Assembly (NCBI GenBank): GCA_030681475.1
Contig: JAUXWT010000071.1
Location: 33,347 to 97,346 of the forward strand
Source of the DNA: Bacteroidales bacterium
GTDB lineage: Bacteria; Bacteroidota; Bacteroidia; Bacteroidales; FEN-979
DNA length: 64,000 nucleotides
Direction of reading: 5' to 3'
Shown: piece after piece, positions 24,635 to 34,453 of the stretch
Layout of the letters: each line of letters begins with the position of its first letter
Position numbering within the stretch: position 1 is the stretch's first letter
Notes under the pieces: generated by a model
Seen by the model: the letters and a program-made list of their open reading frames with translations, nothing else
Told to the model about the DNA's origin: nothing
Database searches by the model: none
Position numbers and translations under genes: made by a program

Positions 24635-27274
24635 ATGATCACCTTTTACCTGAACCACCGGAAAGTCGAATACCCTGAAGATAACAACCGGACATTGCTG
24701 CAATATCTGCGGGAGACAGCAGGGATCACTTCCGTGAAAGATGGCTGTTCCGGCCAGGCGGCCTGTGGCGCCTGTATGGTGGAAATTAATGGAAAGGCGA
24801 AATTATCATGTACCAGCAAGATGAAGTTTCTTGAAGGGGCACAGATCATCACCATGGAAGGCATTCCGGAAGTGGTTCGCGATATCATTGCAAAGGCATA
24901 TGTAGAAAAGGGCGCCGTGCAATGCGGATTTTGCACCCCGGGCCTGATCATACGCACCAAAGTCCTGTTCTCTGAAAACCCTAATCCGGATCGGGAACAG
25001 ATTAAAAAGGCCATCAACCTTAATCTCTGCCGGTGTACCGGATATGTGAAAATAGTCGATGCCATTGAAACCGCACTGAAAAATCTCAGGGATGAACGAT
25101 CAAAAGAGAATACTTCGCGAAACGGTCCCAGGCCAACTTCAGAACAACCACCGGGGAACCTGCCTGCCGGTATTGGCAAATCCCTGAAAAAATATGAAGC
25201 GTATGAAACGGCCATTGGAAAACGATTGTTTATCAATGATATGCAGATTGAAGGGATGCTTCATGGCGCCCTTCGGTTCAGTGATCATCCCCGGGCACGG
25301 ATAGTTTCAATTGATACTTCGGAAGCGATAAAAATTGAGGGTGTGATCAGGGTGTTTACAGCGTCCGATGTTCCGGGTGACCGGTTTACCGGATTGATCA
25401 TCAGCGACTGGCCATTGATGATCGCTCCGGGTGAAATAACCAGGTATATCGGTGATGTCATTGCCGGAGTAGTTGCCGTGGATGAGGAGACAGCCCGGAG
25501 CGCTGCAAGGTTGATCAAGGTTGAATATGAGGTTCTTGACCCTGTTTCTGATGTCCATCTTGCTTTAAAACCAGGTTCGGCGCTGGTGCATCCCGGCAGA
25601 TCAAACCTGCTGGAAAAATGTGTCGTCTGTAGGGTCGATCCGTTGGGATCAACAAACGGTCAATCTGCATTTTGTGTAACCGGAATCTATGAAACCCAGC
25701 GCATTGAGCATGCATTTCTGGAGACTGAAGCGGCATTGGCTCTTCCATTAGAAGATGGAATTCACCTGTATAGCCAGGGGCAAGGCATCTATGTTGATCA
25801 ACGGCAGGTGGCTTCGCTGCTTGGATTGGATGACGAGCAGGTTCGTGTTACGCTGGTTCCATGCGGGGGCGGATTTGGCGGACGTGAGGATATGACCGTT
25901 CAGGGTCATGTTTCGCTTTTTGCATTTCTCCTGAAGCAACCGGTGAGATTGCACTTGTCGAGGGACGAGTCGATCATGATGCACCCTAAGCGGCACCCGG
26001 TCTGGATGGATATATCACTCGGCTGTGATGAGCATGGGAAGCTTATCGCACTGCGCCTTCGGGCCATCGGCGACACCGGCGCCTATGCTTCGGTCGGTAC
26101 CAAAGTGATGGAACGCGTGGCCGGCCATGCAAGTGGCGGGTACCATATCCCATCAGTGGATATCGAGTCGCTTACGGTGTACACCAACAACATCCCCTCC
26201 GGCGCAATGCGGGGATTCGGGGCCAACCAGGTTGCTTTTGCACTGGAAAGCTGCATTGATGAATTATGTAAACAGGGTGGTTTTGACCGCTGGAAATTCC
26301 GGTACGACAATGCACTTGAGAAAGGAAAGATGACGGCCACAGGACAGGTACTCGGCGAAGGAGTTGGCATCAAAGCCTGTCTGAATGCCTTGAAAGATCA
26401 TTTCTATGCTGCAAAATATGCCGGACTCGCCTGCGGGATCAAAAATTCCGGTGTAGGCAACGGGATGACCGACTTCAGCGATGTAAAGATCTCTTTTCTT
26501 ACAAATGGAAGAATCCTCATCGAACATGGTTGGACCGAAATGGGGCAAGGCGTTCAGAACATGGCGATCCAGACCCTTAACGAGGAGACCGGTATCGATC
26601 CTTCCCTTATTGATGTCGTAGTTGATACCATTGCCGGGTTGCCTACCGGTATGACAACCTCATCACGGGCAACAGCCTTGCTTGGGAACGCCATCATTGA
26701 TGCTTCAGCGGCAATCAGGCAGGATCTGGATAGGTATGCACACGAAAAAGGCAGCCTGCCAGAAAAAGACTTTCATCACGCGCTTTTCCACATGGCAGGA
26801 AAGACATACAGCGGTAAATATTATTGCGACTGGACGACCAAACCCGGCGCCGATGTTGAGAAGATCATTACCCATTACTCATACGGGTACGCGGCCCAGC
26901 TTGTGGTGCTGAATGATTTCGGGATGATCGATAAAGTTTATGCTGCCCACGATGCCGGGAAGATTATGAATCCCATGCTTTTTGAAGGCCAGATCGAGGG
27001 CGCTGTGCACATGGGTATTGGTTATGCACTTTCCGAAGATCTGCCGATGAAAGATGGCAGGCTGGTGAGTGAGAAATTATCTGATTGTGGTGTACTTAGC
27101 GCACCACAAACGCCGGAGATCATTGTCATTGGCGTTGAAGAGGCCGACCCGGTGGGTCCTTACGGGGCCAAGGGTATCGGGGAGATCGGGCTGGTACCAA
27201 CAGCCGCTGCGGTTGCCAACGCCCTATGTCAGTTTGACGGGATCAGGCGTTATCGTTTACCGATGAAAAGATGA
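24635..27274 (+). CDS. xdhD: molybdopterin hydroxylase with fused N-terminal [2Fe-2S] domains, no FAD domain (XdhD / selenium-dependent molybdenum hydroxylase-like)
   Basis: The [2Fe-2S] domains show DGCSGQAACGACMV, GFCTPG and CRCTGY. The Moco domain shows GGGFGGRED, AMRGFGANQ and AKGIGEIG (active-site Glu/Arg/Glu equivalents). The ATG at 24635 is preferred because it follows the upstream stop (24631-24633) by 1 nt. The listed ORF start at 24572 would overlap the upstream gene. Confidence 0.8.
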   Translation: MITFYLNHRKVEYPEDNNRTLLQYLRETAGITSVKDGCSGQAACGACMVEINGKAKLSCTSKMKFLEGAQIITMEGIPEVVRDIIAKAYVEKGAVQCGFCTPGLIIRTKVLFSENPNPDREQIKKAINLNLCRCTGYVKIVDAIETALKNLRDERSKENTSRNGPRPTSEQPPGNLPAGIGKSLKKYEAYETAIGKRLFINDMQIEGMLHGALRFSDHPRARIVSIDTSEAIKIEGVIRVFTASDVPGDRFTGLIISDWPLMIAPGEITRYIGDVIAGVVAVDEETARSAARLIKVEYEVLDPVSDVHLALKPGSALVHPGRSNLLEKCVVCRVDPLGSTNGQSAFCVTGIYETQRIEHAFLETEAALALPLEDGIHLYSQGQGIYVDQRQVASLLGLDDEQVRVTLVPCGGGFGGREDMTVQGHVSLFAFLLKQPVRLHLSRDESIMMHPKRHPVWMDISLGCDEHGKLIALRLRAIGDTGAYASVGTKVMERVAGHASGGYHIPSVDIESLTVYTNNIPSGAMRGFGANQVAFALESCIDELCKQGGFDRWKFRYDNALEKGKMTATGQVLGEGVGIKACLNALKDHFYAAKYAGLACGIKNSGVGNGMTDFSDVKISFLTNGRILIEHGWTEMGQGVQNMAIQTLNEETGIDPSLIDVVVDTIAGLPTGMTTSSRATALLGNAIIDASAAIRQDLDRYAHEKGSLPEKDFHHALFHMAGKTYSGKYYCDWTTKPGADVEKIITHYSYGYAAQLVVLNDFGMIDKVYAAHDAGKIMNPMLFEGQIEGAVHMGIGYALSEDLPMKDGRLVSEKLSDCGVLSAPQTPEIIVIGVEEADPVGPYGAKGIGEIGLVPTAAAVANALCQFDGIRRYRLPMKR

Positions 27275-27326
27275 ATGGCAACCACAACCTGTTCATCCTG
27301 TTTGGCCGGTTCCCAATAGCAATTTA

Positions 27327-30300
27327 TTAAGTTATCAATTCCTTAGTTTCGATCTCCGTATAAACGAGATCAATTTTTTGCTGAATTTCAATTGTCTTGG
27401 CAATGGAGGTGGCAATCTTACAATAGGTAGCCGGGTCGGTCATCTGCCTTCCCTTACGGTCTTTCAGATATTTTTCCAATACCTGGTAACCACCGATGTG
27501 ATAATTCCACATTTCCGGTTCAATACCCTCAAAATATTTTGTCGCGTTGATAAAAACGCATCTGTTCGCTTCATTGTAAACAGGCTTTACAATCAAATCC
27601 TCTCCAAGACCCTTATATTTTACTATCGGGTTATTCAATGATTTACTTTTGAGCAGGTGCAGTTGGGTCAGCTCTTCGCCCAATTCCGCCATCTGTAAAA
27701 ATAAGGTATGAATGCCGGTAAAAGGTACTCGCGGGAAATCAATTTTAAGGAACTCGGCATATTTCTCCCGGTAGATATTGCTGTATAACACTGAATAGCA
27801 GTAAAAAAGGATCTGCTCCGGGGTTGGTTTTTTCTTATATACTTTTTCCAATTGTTCAAAAACCACGGATGAAATATTTGGTTTCCTGCCTTCGCTCCCG
27901 TATTCCGTTTCAGACTCAAAAAGCATCATGCTTTGAAAACCGCCTTTCTTTTTCTTTTCTTCGGGTTTATAGAGGTATAGTGGTAAAAATAATTCACCAC
28001 CTCTGTAAAACAAGTTAAAGTCAATTATTTTATTTGAAATAAAAGCTAAGTTCCACAAATGATCATCTCCAACAACCTGACCTTGTCTTCCAATTGCCAA
28101 ACCAAGATTTTCTTTGAGCAGATGTTGCATGATAGCATGTTGGGGACTACTAAATAAACCCCGTGACATTCCTGTATAATAAGTAAAACGAATATCAAGA
28201 GGTCTGTATAAAACCCTTTTTAATAGTCCCTTTATTGGACCACTTTCTCTTATATCTTGTTGAGCATTTTCGACTTTCCAATCTCTACTATCTTTCCCCA
28301 ATGTGTATGCCTGGCGGGCAAATTCTGTATCAAATCTTGAGAATTGAGATAAACGATTCCATAATTCTATCGGCTCAAATCCTATTGTTAAGGAATCTCT
28401 CCCGGTGACAAAACCAACAGTATTCACCGGAAAAATTTCATTTACCCTCATCCAATTATTATAATGCTCAATATCTTTAGTATTTCGCCTAATGAAAAAA
28501 TACCAAGGGCTTTCGGGTTTCAGTTGTATGAAATCTTTCTTTTTCAGGCTGTGCTTATCCAGCCATATATATTTATTTTCCCGTTCGCCGAATAAATCAG
28601 AATGATAGATTTTACAACCCTTTGCTTTTTCTCTCTTTATGAAAAGGGCAATGGCGACGCCCTGTTGTATGTCAAACACGTTTTCATCCCTTGCCCCATT
28701 GGGGGAAGTCTCTTTTTTCAGGGAGTTACCGTGTAAATCCAGAATATAAATCTCATTGAAAGTATTCATTAAACTCTGCCTCATTCCCCGGAAAGTCGGA
28801 TTATCGAGATAGCTGTGGTTGGTAATCATTCCCACAACTCCCAGTCCGGCCTTGTGTATTTTCCATTGGGCAAATCGCAGAAATTTTACATAGTCGTCCT
28901 GTAGCCAAAGTTTTTTTTCTTCCAGCTTCTTGCCGTCAATTTCGTAATAACTTTGGGCGCCATCAATATTTGATTTTAACAATCGTTCAGTCCACTCGTT
29001 TTTATTCGCGGAGATACCACTGTACGGCGGATTCCCCATTATTACCAAAATTGACTCCTCCTTTTTTATTCTGCCTGCTTCATGACTTTCATCGCTCAGA
29101 CTTTCAAGGCCGGGGATTTGTGTCTGGCTAAGGTCCTCGATATCGAGCGTGTTGGTAAGATATAGTTTAAAACGCTCGTTGTCTTTCATTGTGTAACCCA
29201 GTTCTTCCAATAGAAAGCTCATTTTTATATGTCCGATTGCATAGGGAGCCATCATGAGCTCAAAAGCGTAAAAGTCCTTCAGGATGTGTTCACTCAGCAG
29301 TTTGTTCACTCCTCCTTCGCCATATTTGGCCGTGTATTCATGTACCGCCAGTTTTATAGCTTCTGCAGGAAAGGTGAGTGTTCCTCCGGCCGGATCCAAT
29401 AGGGTAACCTCTTTACTGGCTAATCCGTCGTTTAGGTTAAAACGAGTTTTTAAAATATCATGTACACTACGGACAATATAGCGTACCACCGGTTCGGGGG
29501 TATAATACACCCCCCTTTTTTCGCGTGTGGCAGGGTCGTATTCGCTCAGAAAAGTTTCGTAGAAATGTACAATGGGATCCTCGCCCTTGCCGGCTTTGAA
29601 ATACCCGTGTAGAATGTTCCTGACATCTGCGGCATTCAGCACTTCGGCAATGTCATCAACCATTACTTCCATGTGCTTGGGCAAATCGCCCTGAGAAATG
29701 AATTTGAACACATTCCGCAGAATGCCGATTGTTTTGGGAATCAGATCGTAAGCCAGCTTTCGGTTAAAGCCATTGGCGCTTCTGGTGCGCGCTGCGAAAA
29801 GGCCATAGGTGATGGTTTGTGAGAACAGATCGGCAAAATCTTTTTCGGTGAGATTGGCAATAAGGAATTTTTTAAACGTTTCGAAAAATCCATACAATTC
29901 ACCTTTTCCTTTTTGCTGTTGCTCCATCTCCACCGTGATCACCTCATCGCGCAAAAAGCGGGTCCGGATGGCAAGTTCTTTGCCTAATTGTTCGGCAGTA
30001 GTAACTTTCGGAAGTGAAAATGCAAAAAACTTTGAAAGCAGTACGGTGAATTTTGCTTCATTTTCAATTGGCGGGGGAATACCCTTCTTAGCCAGAGCAG
30101 AACGTGCAACAAAGGTTTTGTCAACCATCTCCCCTTTACGGTAGAGGCGGAATTCATAAAAATCGGTGAGAATTACATTCGGGAATGTTTTCAGATAACG
30201 CTTCAGTTGTTCCGATCGTTCAATTATATCAAGGTTTTCACCTGGTTTCTTTGCTTCAACATACCCGATGATGTTCTCTTTTCCGTCCCACACCCTGAAA

Positions 30301-30473
30301 TCAGGGTTACCGGCTTCGGTTTTCTTCGGCAGGGTAGTGATTTGCGTTTTTAACTTACCGGTACTGATGGCAAAATCAAGTAGAAAATGGGAGAAGTGCG
30401 GATAGTAGCTCTCTTCTCTTGCATCCCCCCGCGTAGTTGTTTTTGTAATTTTTTCCAGGTAATCCTTTATCAT
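27327..30473 (-). CDS. single-chain type IIG/IIL-like restriction-modification enzyme (PD-ExK nuclease + gamma-class N6-adenine MTase + type ISP-like C-terminal specificity domain)
   Basis: The N-terminus NPDFRVWDGKENIIGYVEAKKPG...VILTDFYEFRLY resembles the MmeI-type D-Xn-E-X-K endonuclease. SAM motif I is LLDPAGGTLTF and catalytic motif IV is IMGNPPYSG. The C-terminal YRPLDIRFTYY and WNYHIGGYQVLEKYLKDRKGR are typical of the type ISP C-terminal domain. No partner gene is adjacent. Confidence 0.75.
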   Translation of the reverse strand: MIKDYLEKITKTTTRGDAREESYYPHFSHFLLDFAISTGKLKTQITTLPKKTEAGNPDFRVWDGKENIIGYVEAKKPGENLDIIERSEQLKRYLKTFPNVILTDFYEFRLYRKGEMVDKTFVARSALAKKGIPPPIENEAKFTVLLSKFFAFSLPKVTTAEQLGKELAIRTRFLRDEVITVEMEQQQKGKGELYGFFETFKKFLIANLTEKDFADLFSQTITYGLFAARTRSANGFNRKLAYDLIPKTIGILRNVFKFISQGDLPKHMEVMVDDIAEVLNAADVRNILHGYFKAGKGEDPIVHFYETFLSEYDPATREKRGVYYTPEPVVRYIVRSVHDILKTRFNLNDGLASKEVTLLDPAGGTLTFPAEAIKLAVHEYTAKYGEGGVNKLLSEHILKDFYAFELMMAPYAIGHIKMSFLLEELGYTMKDNERFKLYLTNTLDIEDLSQTQIPGLESLSDESHEAGRIKKEESILVIMGNPPYSGISANKNEWTERLLKSNIDGAQSYYEIDGKKLEEKKLWLQDDYVKFLRFAQWKIHKAGLGVVGMITNHSYLDNPTFRGMRQSLMNTFNEIYILDLHGNSLKKETSPNGARDENVFDIQQGVAIALFIKREKAKGCKIYHSDLFGERENKYIWLDKHSLKKKDFIQLKPESPWYFFIRRNTKDIEHYNNWMRVNEIFPVNTVGFVTGRDSLTIGFEPIELWNRLSQFSRFDTEFARQAYTLGKDSRDWKVENAQQDIRESGPIKGLLKRVLYRPLDIRFTYYTGMSRGLFSSPQHAIMQHLLKENLGLAIGRQGQVVGDDHLWNLAFISNKIIDFNLFYRGGELFLPLYLYKPEEKKKKGGFQSMMLFESETEYGSEGRKPNISSVVFEQLEKVYKKKPTPEQILFYCYSVLYSNIYREKYAEFLKIDFPRVPFTGIHTLFLQMAELGEELTQLHLLKSKSLNNPIVKYKGLGEDLIVKPVYNEANRCVFINATKYFEGIEPEMWNYHIGGYQVLEKYLKDRKGRQMTDPATYCKIATSIAKTIEIQQKIDLVYTEIETKELIT

Positions 30474-30565
30474 AAATTGGAATTATGATGTGCACAAGTA
30501 AACAAAAGTAGTATTTTTATCAAATGGTTCATGACGGTTATACATGAAAAACCAATACTAAATAT

Positions 30566-31852
30566 ATGCTTCTTCTCAGAAATGGAACATACATCGACTG
30601 GCAAACGTTGGAATTCAAACGCACCGATATAATGGTGGAACCAGGAGCAAATGGTGGCTGCTTGTACGCTGAAAACCTCAGCCAAAGCCCCGATTTCGGA
30701 GGGAGAGCCGCTGGGAGTGAGCATTCCATCGACTGTACAGGCAAATTTATAACCAAATCGTTCGCCAACGGCCACCATCATGTCTATTCCGCCCTTGCCC
30801 GGGGGATGCCTGTGCCAAAGAAAAATCCAGTGAATTTCGGAGAGATCCTTCAATATATCTGGTGGAATCTTGACAAGGCGCTTGACCTGGAGATGGTCAG
30901 ATCGAGTGCCCTTGTTACGGCCATAGCATGCGCAAAAAGAGGGGTTACCTTTGTCATTGATCATCATGCTTCACCATTTGCCGTTGAGGGCAGCCTGGAA
31001 ACAATCGCCCATGCCTTTGATGAAGTTGGTGTCGGACACCTCTTGTGTTATGAAATCTCCGACCGCGACGGGTTGGAAATTGCTCAGAAAGGCCTCGCCG
31101 AAACAGCGGATTACCTTTCAAAACGACAGGGACTGGTTGGATTGCATGCCTCATTTACCGTGGGCAACGAAACATTGAAACAGGCGGTTCAACTCGCGAC
31201 AACAACAAAATCTGGTATTCATATTCATGTTGCCGAGGACAAGTCTGACCAGGAACATTGTGTTGAGCATTATCAACAACGGGTCATCGGGCGTTTAGCC
31301 GATGCCGGGGTCATGCAGTTTCCGAAAACCATCCTGGCGCATTGCCTTCATCTGGATTATCATGAACGCGGCCTAGTCGAAGGTTCTGCTGCCTGGGTCG
31401 TGCAGAACATGGAGAGCAACCTGAACAACAAAGTTGGCTTTTTTAACTCAGCCGGACTTGGACGACGGATCATGATCGGTACCGATGGGATGCACAGCGA
31501 CATGTTACCCAGCGCCAAAGCGGCGTTCTTTGCCGGTCACAATTTCGACAACATCAACTATAGTTCAACTTATGACAGGTTAAGGAATGTACACCATTAT
31601 CTCAATTCCAATGGAATTCCGGGGGACGGCGAGAACAACCTGGTGGTTCTTGATTACGATCCGCCTACTCCAATGAGTGCGGAGAACTTCTATGGTCATT
31701 TTCTATTTGGAATTGAATCGTCGCATATCAGCCATGTGATCTCACAAGGCAGGCTCATTGTGGAGGATGGCCGTGTCGTGACCGTTGATGAAAAAAAAGT
31801 ATTGGAAGTGTCACGAAAACAGGCAAGGCGGTTATGGCAAAAAATGAAATAG
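30566..31852 (+). CDS. ssnA: SsnA-type aminohydrolase (amidohydrolase superfamily)
   Basis: FANGHHHVYSALARGMP is the metal-binding HxH plus the SsnA signature. IHVAEDKSD, AHCLHL and GTDGMHSD are also present. At 428 aa it compares with about 440 aa in E. coli SsnA. It lies next to hyuA. Confidence 0.8.
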   Translation: MLLLRNGTYIDWQTLEFKRTDIMVEPGANGGCLYAENLSQSPDFGGRAAGSEHSIDCTGKFITKSFANGHHHVYSALARGMPVPKKNPVNFGEILQYIWWNLDKALDLEMVRSSALVTAIACAKRGVTFVIDHHASPFAVEGSLETIAHAFDEVGVGHLLCYEISDRDGLEIAQKGLAETADYLSKRQGLVGLHASFTVGNETLKQAVQLATTTKSGIHIHVAEDKSDQEHCVEHYQQRVIGRLADAGVMQFPKTILAHCLHLDYHERGLVEGSAAWVVQNMESNLNNKVGFFNSAGLGRRIMIGTDGMHSDMLPSAKAAFFAGHNFDNINYSSTYDRLRNVHHYLNSNGIPGDGENNLVVLDYDPPTPMSAENFYGHFLFGIESSHISHVISQGRLIVEDGRVVTVDEKKVLEVSRKQARRLWQKMK

Positions 31853-33216
31853 AAAAGTTACTGATCCGGAATGGAAAACTTGTTGAGGCAGGCGGAAGTT
31901 CCATGGAAGACCTGGTGCTCGAGAATGGCATTATCGCGGCCCGCGGGAAGTTCGATGCTTCAACCCATCCTGGTTGCCGGAATATTGATGCTAATGGAAA
32001 ATATGTGATCCCGGGTGGATTTGATCCACATGTGCATTTCTCATTGCCTTCTCCGGCAGGTAAATCATGTGATGATTTCAAGTCTGGCAGCCAGGCTGCC
32101 CTGGCAGGAGGCACGACAAGTTTCATGGATTTTGTCACCCCGCGCCGGGGACAATCTTTAATGGAAGCCTTGCGCCTGCGCAGGGAAGAGGCTGCTGAAA
32201 GCCAGACCAGTTTCGGCCTTCACATGGGCATCAGTGAATGGAATCCGAAGGTGGCCGCTGAAGTTGTTCCTTTGATGGAGAAAGACAACATCCGGTCGTT
32301 CAAGGCCTACCTGGCCTATCGTGATTCAATCGGGATTGGTTATGAAGAGGTGTATGAGCTGATGCGGGTTGTTGGCCCGGCCGGCGGACTGGTGATGGTT
32401 CACTGTGAGGAGGGGGAGATGATCAGCCGGTTGCAAAGGCGATTTTTAAGTGAAGGCAAGACCCGTTCCACTTTTCACGCGTTATCCCGCCCGCCGGAGG
32501 CTGAAATTCGGGCTATAGAGAAGGTGATTGAAATATCGGCAAAAACAAACTGCCCGGCTTATATTGTTCACATCTCCACCGGAAGGGGCGCAGATTTGAT
32601 CGCTTCAGCCAAAAAGGATGGCCTCCGGGTCTATGGTGAAACCTGTCCGCACTACCTCCTGCTTGATGAATCCGTATATGATCCCTCATGCGATGACATG
32701 CAGATTCTTCCTTACATCCTGTCCCCGCCGATCCGCGTGAAAGATGACCAGGCCCGTCTCTGGGAAAGGCTGTCTGACGGCACCCTGGATGTGGTGGCCA
32801 CCGACCATTGTCCATTCAACCTTTATGGTCAAAAGGACCGGGGATTGGATGACTTTACCAAAATCCCCAACGGAGCAGGCAGTATCCGACACCGTTTGCA
32901 ATTGCTGTACACTTTTGGCGTACTGACCAGTAAAATAACGATCAATCAGTTTGTCAGCCTGACCTCCACCCGACCGGCTGAAATTTTCGGCATGGGTCAC
33001 CGGAAAGGGAAACTTCTCCCGGGTTGTGATGCCGATATTGTGATCTGGGATCCTGATTTTGAAACGACGATCACGATTGACACCAGCGTGTGCAGATGCG
33101 ATTCTGACGTCTTTGAAGGGTTTCATATCATGGGTCGCCCGGAAACAGTAATCATGAATGGTAAGATCATTGATCAGAGGTCAGGAAATCCTTTTAGCCT
33201 TCCGGTCAGCAAGTGA
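31834..33216 (+). CDS. hyuA: D-hydantoinase/dihydropyrimidinase (HyuA-like cyclic amidohydrolase)
   Basis: GGFDPHVHFSLP is the HxH motif and SFKAYLAY carries the carboxylated Lys. VHCEEGE, HISTGRG and VATDHCPF are also present. The protein is 460 aa and overlaps ssnA by 19 nt. Confidence 0.85.
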   Translation: MAKNEIEKLLIRNGKLVEAGGSSMEDLVLENGIIAARGKFDASTHPGCRNIDANGKYVIPGGFDPHVHFSLPSPAGKSCDDFKSGSQAALAGGTTSFMDFVTPRRGQSLMEALRLRREEAAESQTSFGLHMGISEWNPKVAAEVVPLMEKDNIRSFKAYLAYRDSIGIGYEEVYELMRVVGPAGGLVMVHCEEGEMISRLQRRFLSEGKTRSTFHALSRPPEAEIRAIEKVIEISAKTNCPAYIVHISTGRGADLIASAKKDGLRVYGETCPHYLLLDESVYDPSCDDMQILPYILSPPIRVKDDQARLWERLSDGTLDVVATDHCPFNLYGQKDRGLDDFTKIPNGAGSIRHRLQLLYTFGVLTSKITINQFVSLTSTRPAEIFGMGHRKGKLLPGCDADIVIWDPDFETTITIDTSVCRCDSDVFEGFHIMGRPETVIMNGKIIDQRSGNPFSLPVSK

Positions 33217-34359
33217 ATGCAGCATCGCAGCCGGATCTTCAAACCGGTTGGTGAGCATCATGGCCGCAATGATGTATGGTTTAAATCCTGCTTGTTTATA
33301 GAGTGGCACGCGATAACGTTCAAAAACGGAAGCAGCCACCTCTCCTTCGTTACATGAAATACCGGAAATATCGGCAGGAAGGCAATGCATATACAACGCC
33401 TGACCCTTTTTCGTCAGTTTCATCTTGTCTTCGGTGCATTCCCAGTTTTTATACATTGCATTGTTTGCAAGGCACTCTTTCTCCAAGCCTTTCAATCCAT
33501 CATGATCACTTTTTTTCAGCAGTTCAGTTCTACGCTGCATCACATGGAAAGGCGCCCAGCTCTTTGGATAAACGATATCGGCATCCCTAAATGCGTCGTC
33601 CATGGAGTTTACCACCCGGAAATTGCCGCCACTTTCAACAGCCTGCTTTCCGGCCAGGTCAACCACTACGGGGATGAGTCCGTAACCTTCGGGAAAGGCG
33701 AGGTCAACATGCATTCCCAGACGGGTCATCAGGCCAATAATTCCCTGGGGTACCGAAAGAGGCTTGCCATAACTGGGTGAATAAGCCCAGGTCATGGCGA
33801 TCTTTTTGCCTTTTAAATTTTCAAGCGAACCAAAAACAGTTTTAAGGTGAAGCAAATCTGCCATTGACTGGGTCGGATGGTCAATATCGCATTGCAGGTT
33901 GATTATTCCCGGTCGTTGGGGCAACACACCGTCGGAAAATGCTTCGTCAAGGGCAGCGCCAACTTCACGCATGTAGGCATTTCCGGCACCCAGGAACATG
34001 TCGTCGCGGATGCCGATGATGTCGCTCAGGAAGGAGATCATCGCGGAGGTTTCCCGAACCGTCTCGCCATGGGCGATCTGCGATTTCCCTTCGTCAAGGT
34101 CCTGTACGGCAAGCCCAAGCAGGTTGGCTGCAGAGGAAAATGAAAATCGCGTCCGGGTGGAGTTATCGCGAAACTGAGAAATGGCCAGCCCTGAGTCGAA
34201 ACAGCGGGAGGAGATGTTGTTGTCGCGAAGCGCTTTCAGGTCTTCCGCCACGGACAGGATGGTCTCCAGATTTGTAAGACTTTTTTCCCAGGTGAGGAGG
34301 AAGTCTTTGTTGTACAGGCCGGTAGTTGAGTCGTCAGTTTTGGTAATTATTTCAGTCAT
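33181..34359 (-). CDS. ygeW: YgeW-type knotted carbamoyltransferase
   Basis: STRTRFSF is the carbamoyl-phosphate motif. HPTQSMADL and YMHCLPA (HCLP motif) are present. At 392 aa it compares with about 396 aa in E. coli YgeW. It lies adjacent to ygeY. Confidence 0.85.
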   Translation of the reverse strand: MTEIITKTDDSTTGLYNKDFLLTWEKSLTNLETILSVAEDLKALRDNNISSRCFDSGLAISQFRDNSTRTRFSFSSAANLLGLAVQDLDEGKSQIAHGETVRETSAMISFLSDIIGIRDDMFLGAGNAYMREVGAALDEAFSDGVLPQRPGIINLQCDIDHPTQSMADLLHLKTVFGSLENLKGKKIAMTWAYSPSYGKPLSVPQGIIGLMTRLGMHVDLAFPEGYGLIPVVVDLAGKQAVESGGNFRVVNSMDDAFRDADIVYPKSWAPFHVMQRRTELLKKSDHDGLKGLEKECLANNAMYKNWECTEDKMKLTKKGQALYMHCLPADISGISCNEGEVAASVFERYRVPLYKQAGFKPYIIAAMMLTNRFEDPAAMLHSLADRKAKRIS

Positions 34360-34377
34360 GGTTTAGTTATTATTGTT

Positions 34378-34431
34378 GGGGCGCATTGCTATGTGCCCTT
34401 GGGGCGCATAGGGGCGCATATTTATGCGCCC
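34378..34431. repeat. 3 x GGGGCGCAT direct repeats; the last copy forms a GC-rich hairpin
   Basis: The copies are at 34378-34386, 34401-34409 and 34411-34419. A hairpin GGGCGCAT-(attt loop)-ATGCGCCC spans 34412-34431. The element sits between the ygeY stop and the ygeW start. Confidence 0.7.
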
Positions 34432-34453
34432 TTACTTTCAGTTCGTCTTTTGA

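Noticed and set aside
27320-30479. An 8-bp inverted repeat (CAATTTAT at 27320-27327 and ATAAATTG at 30472-30479) flanking the RM gene, considered as possible insertion-element termini.
   Set aside because: It is short and AT-rich and overlaps the stop and start codons. It is expected by chance at a few-percent level. No transposase or target-site duplication is visible.
30470-30967. A 165-aa minus-strand ORF between the RM gene and ssnA.
   Set aside because: It overlaps the 5' part of ssnA on the opposite strand and has no motifs, whereas ssnA has clear amidohydrolase signatures.
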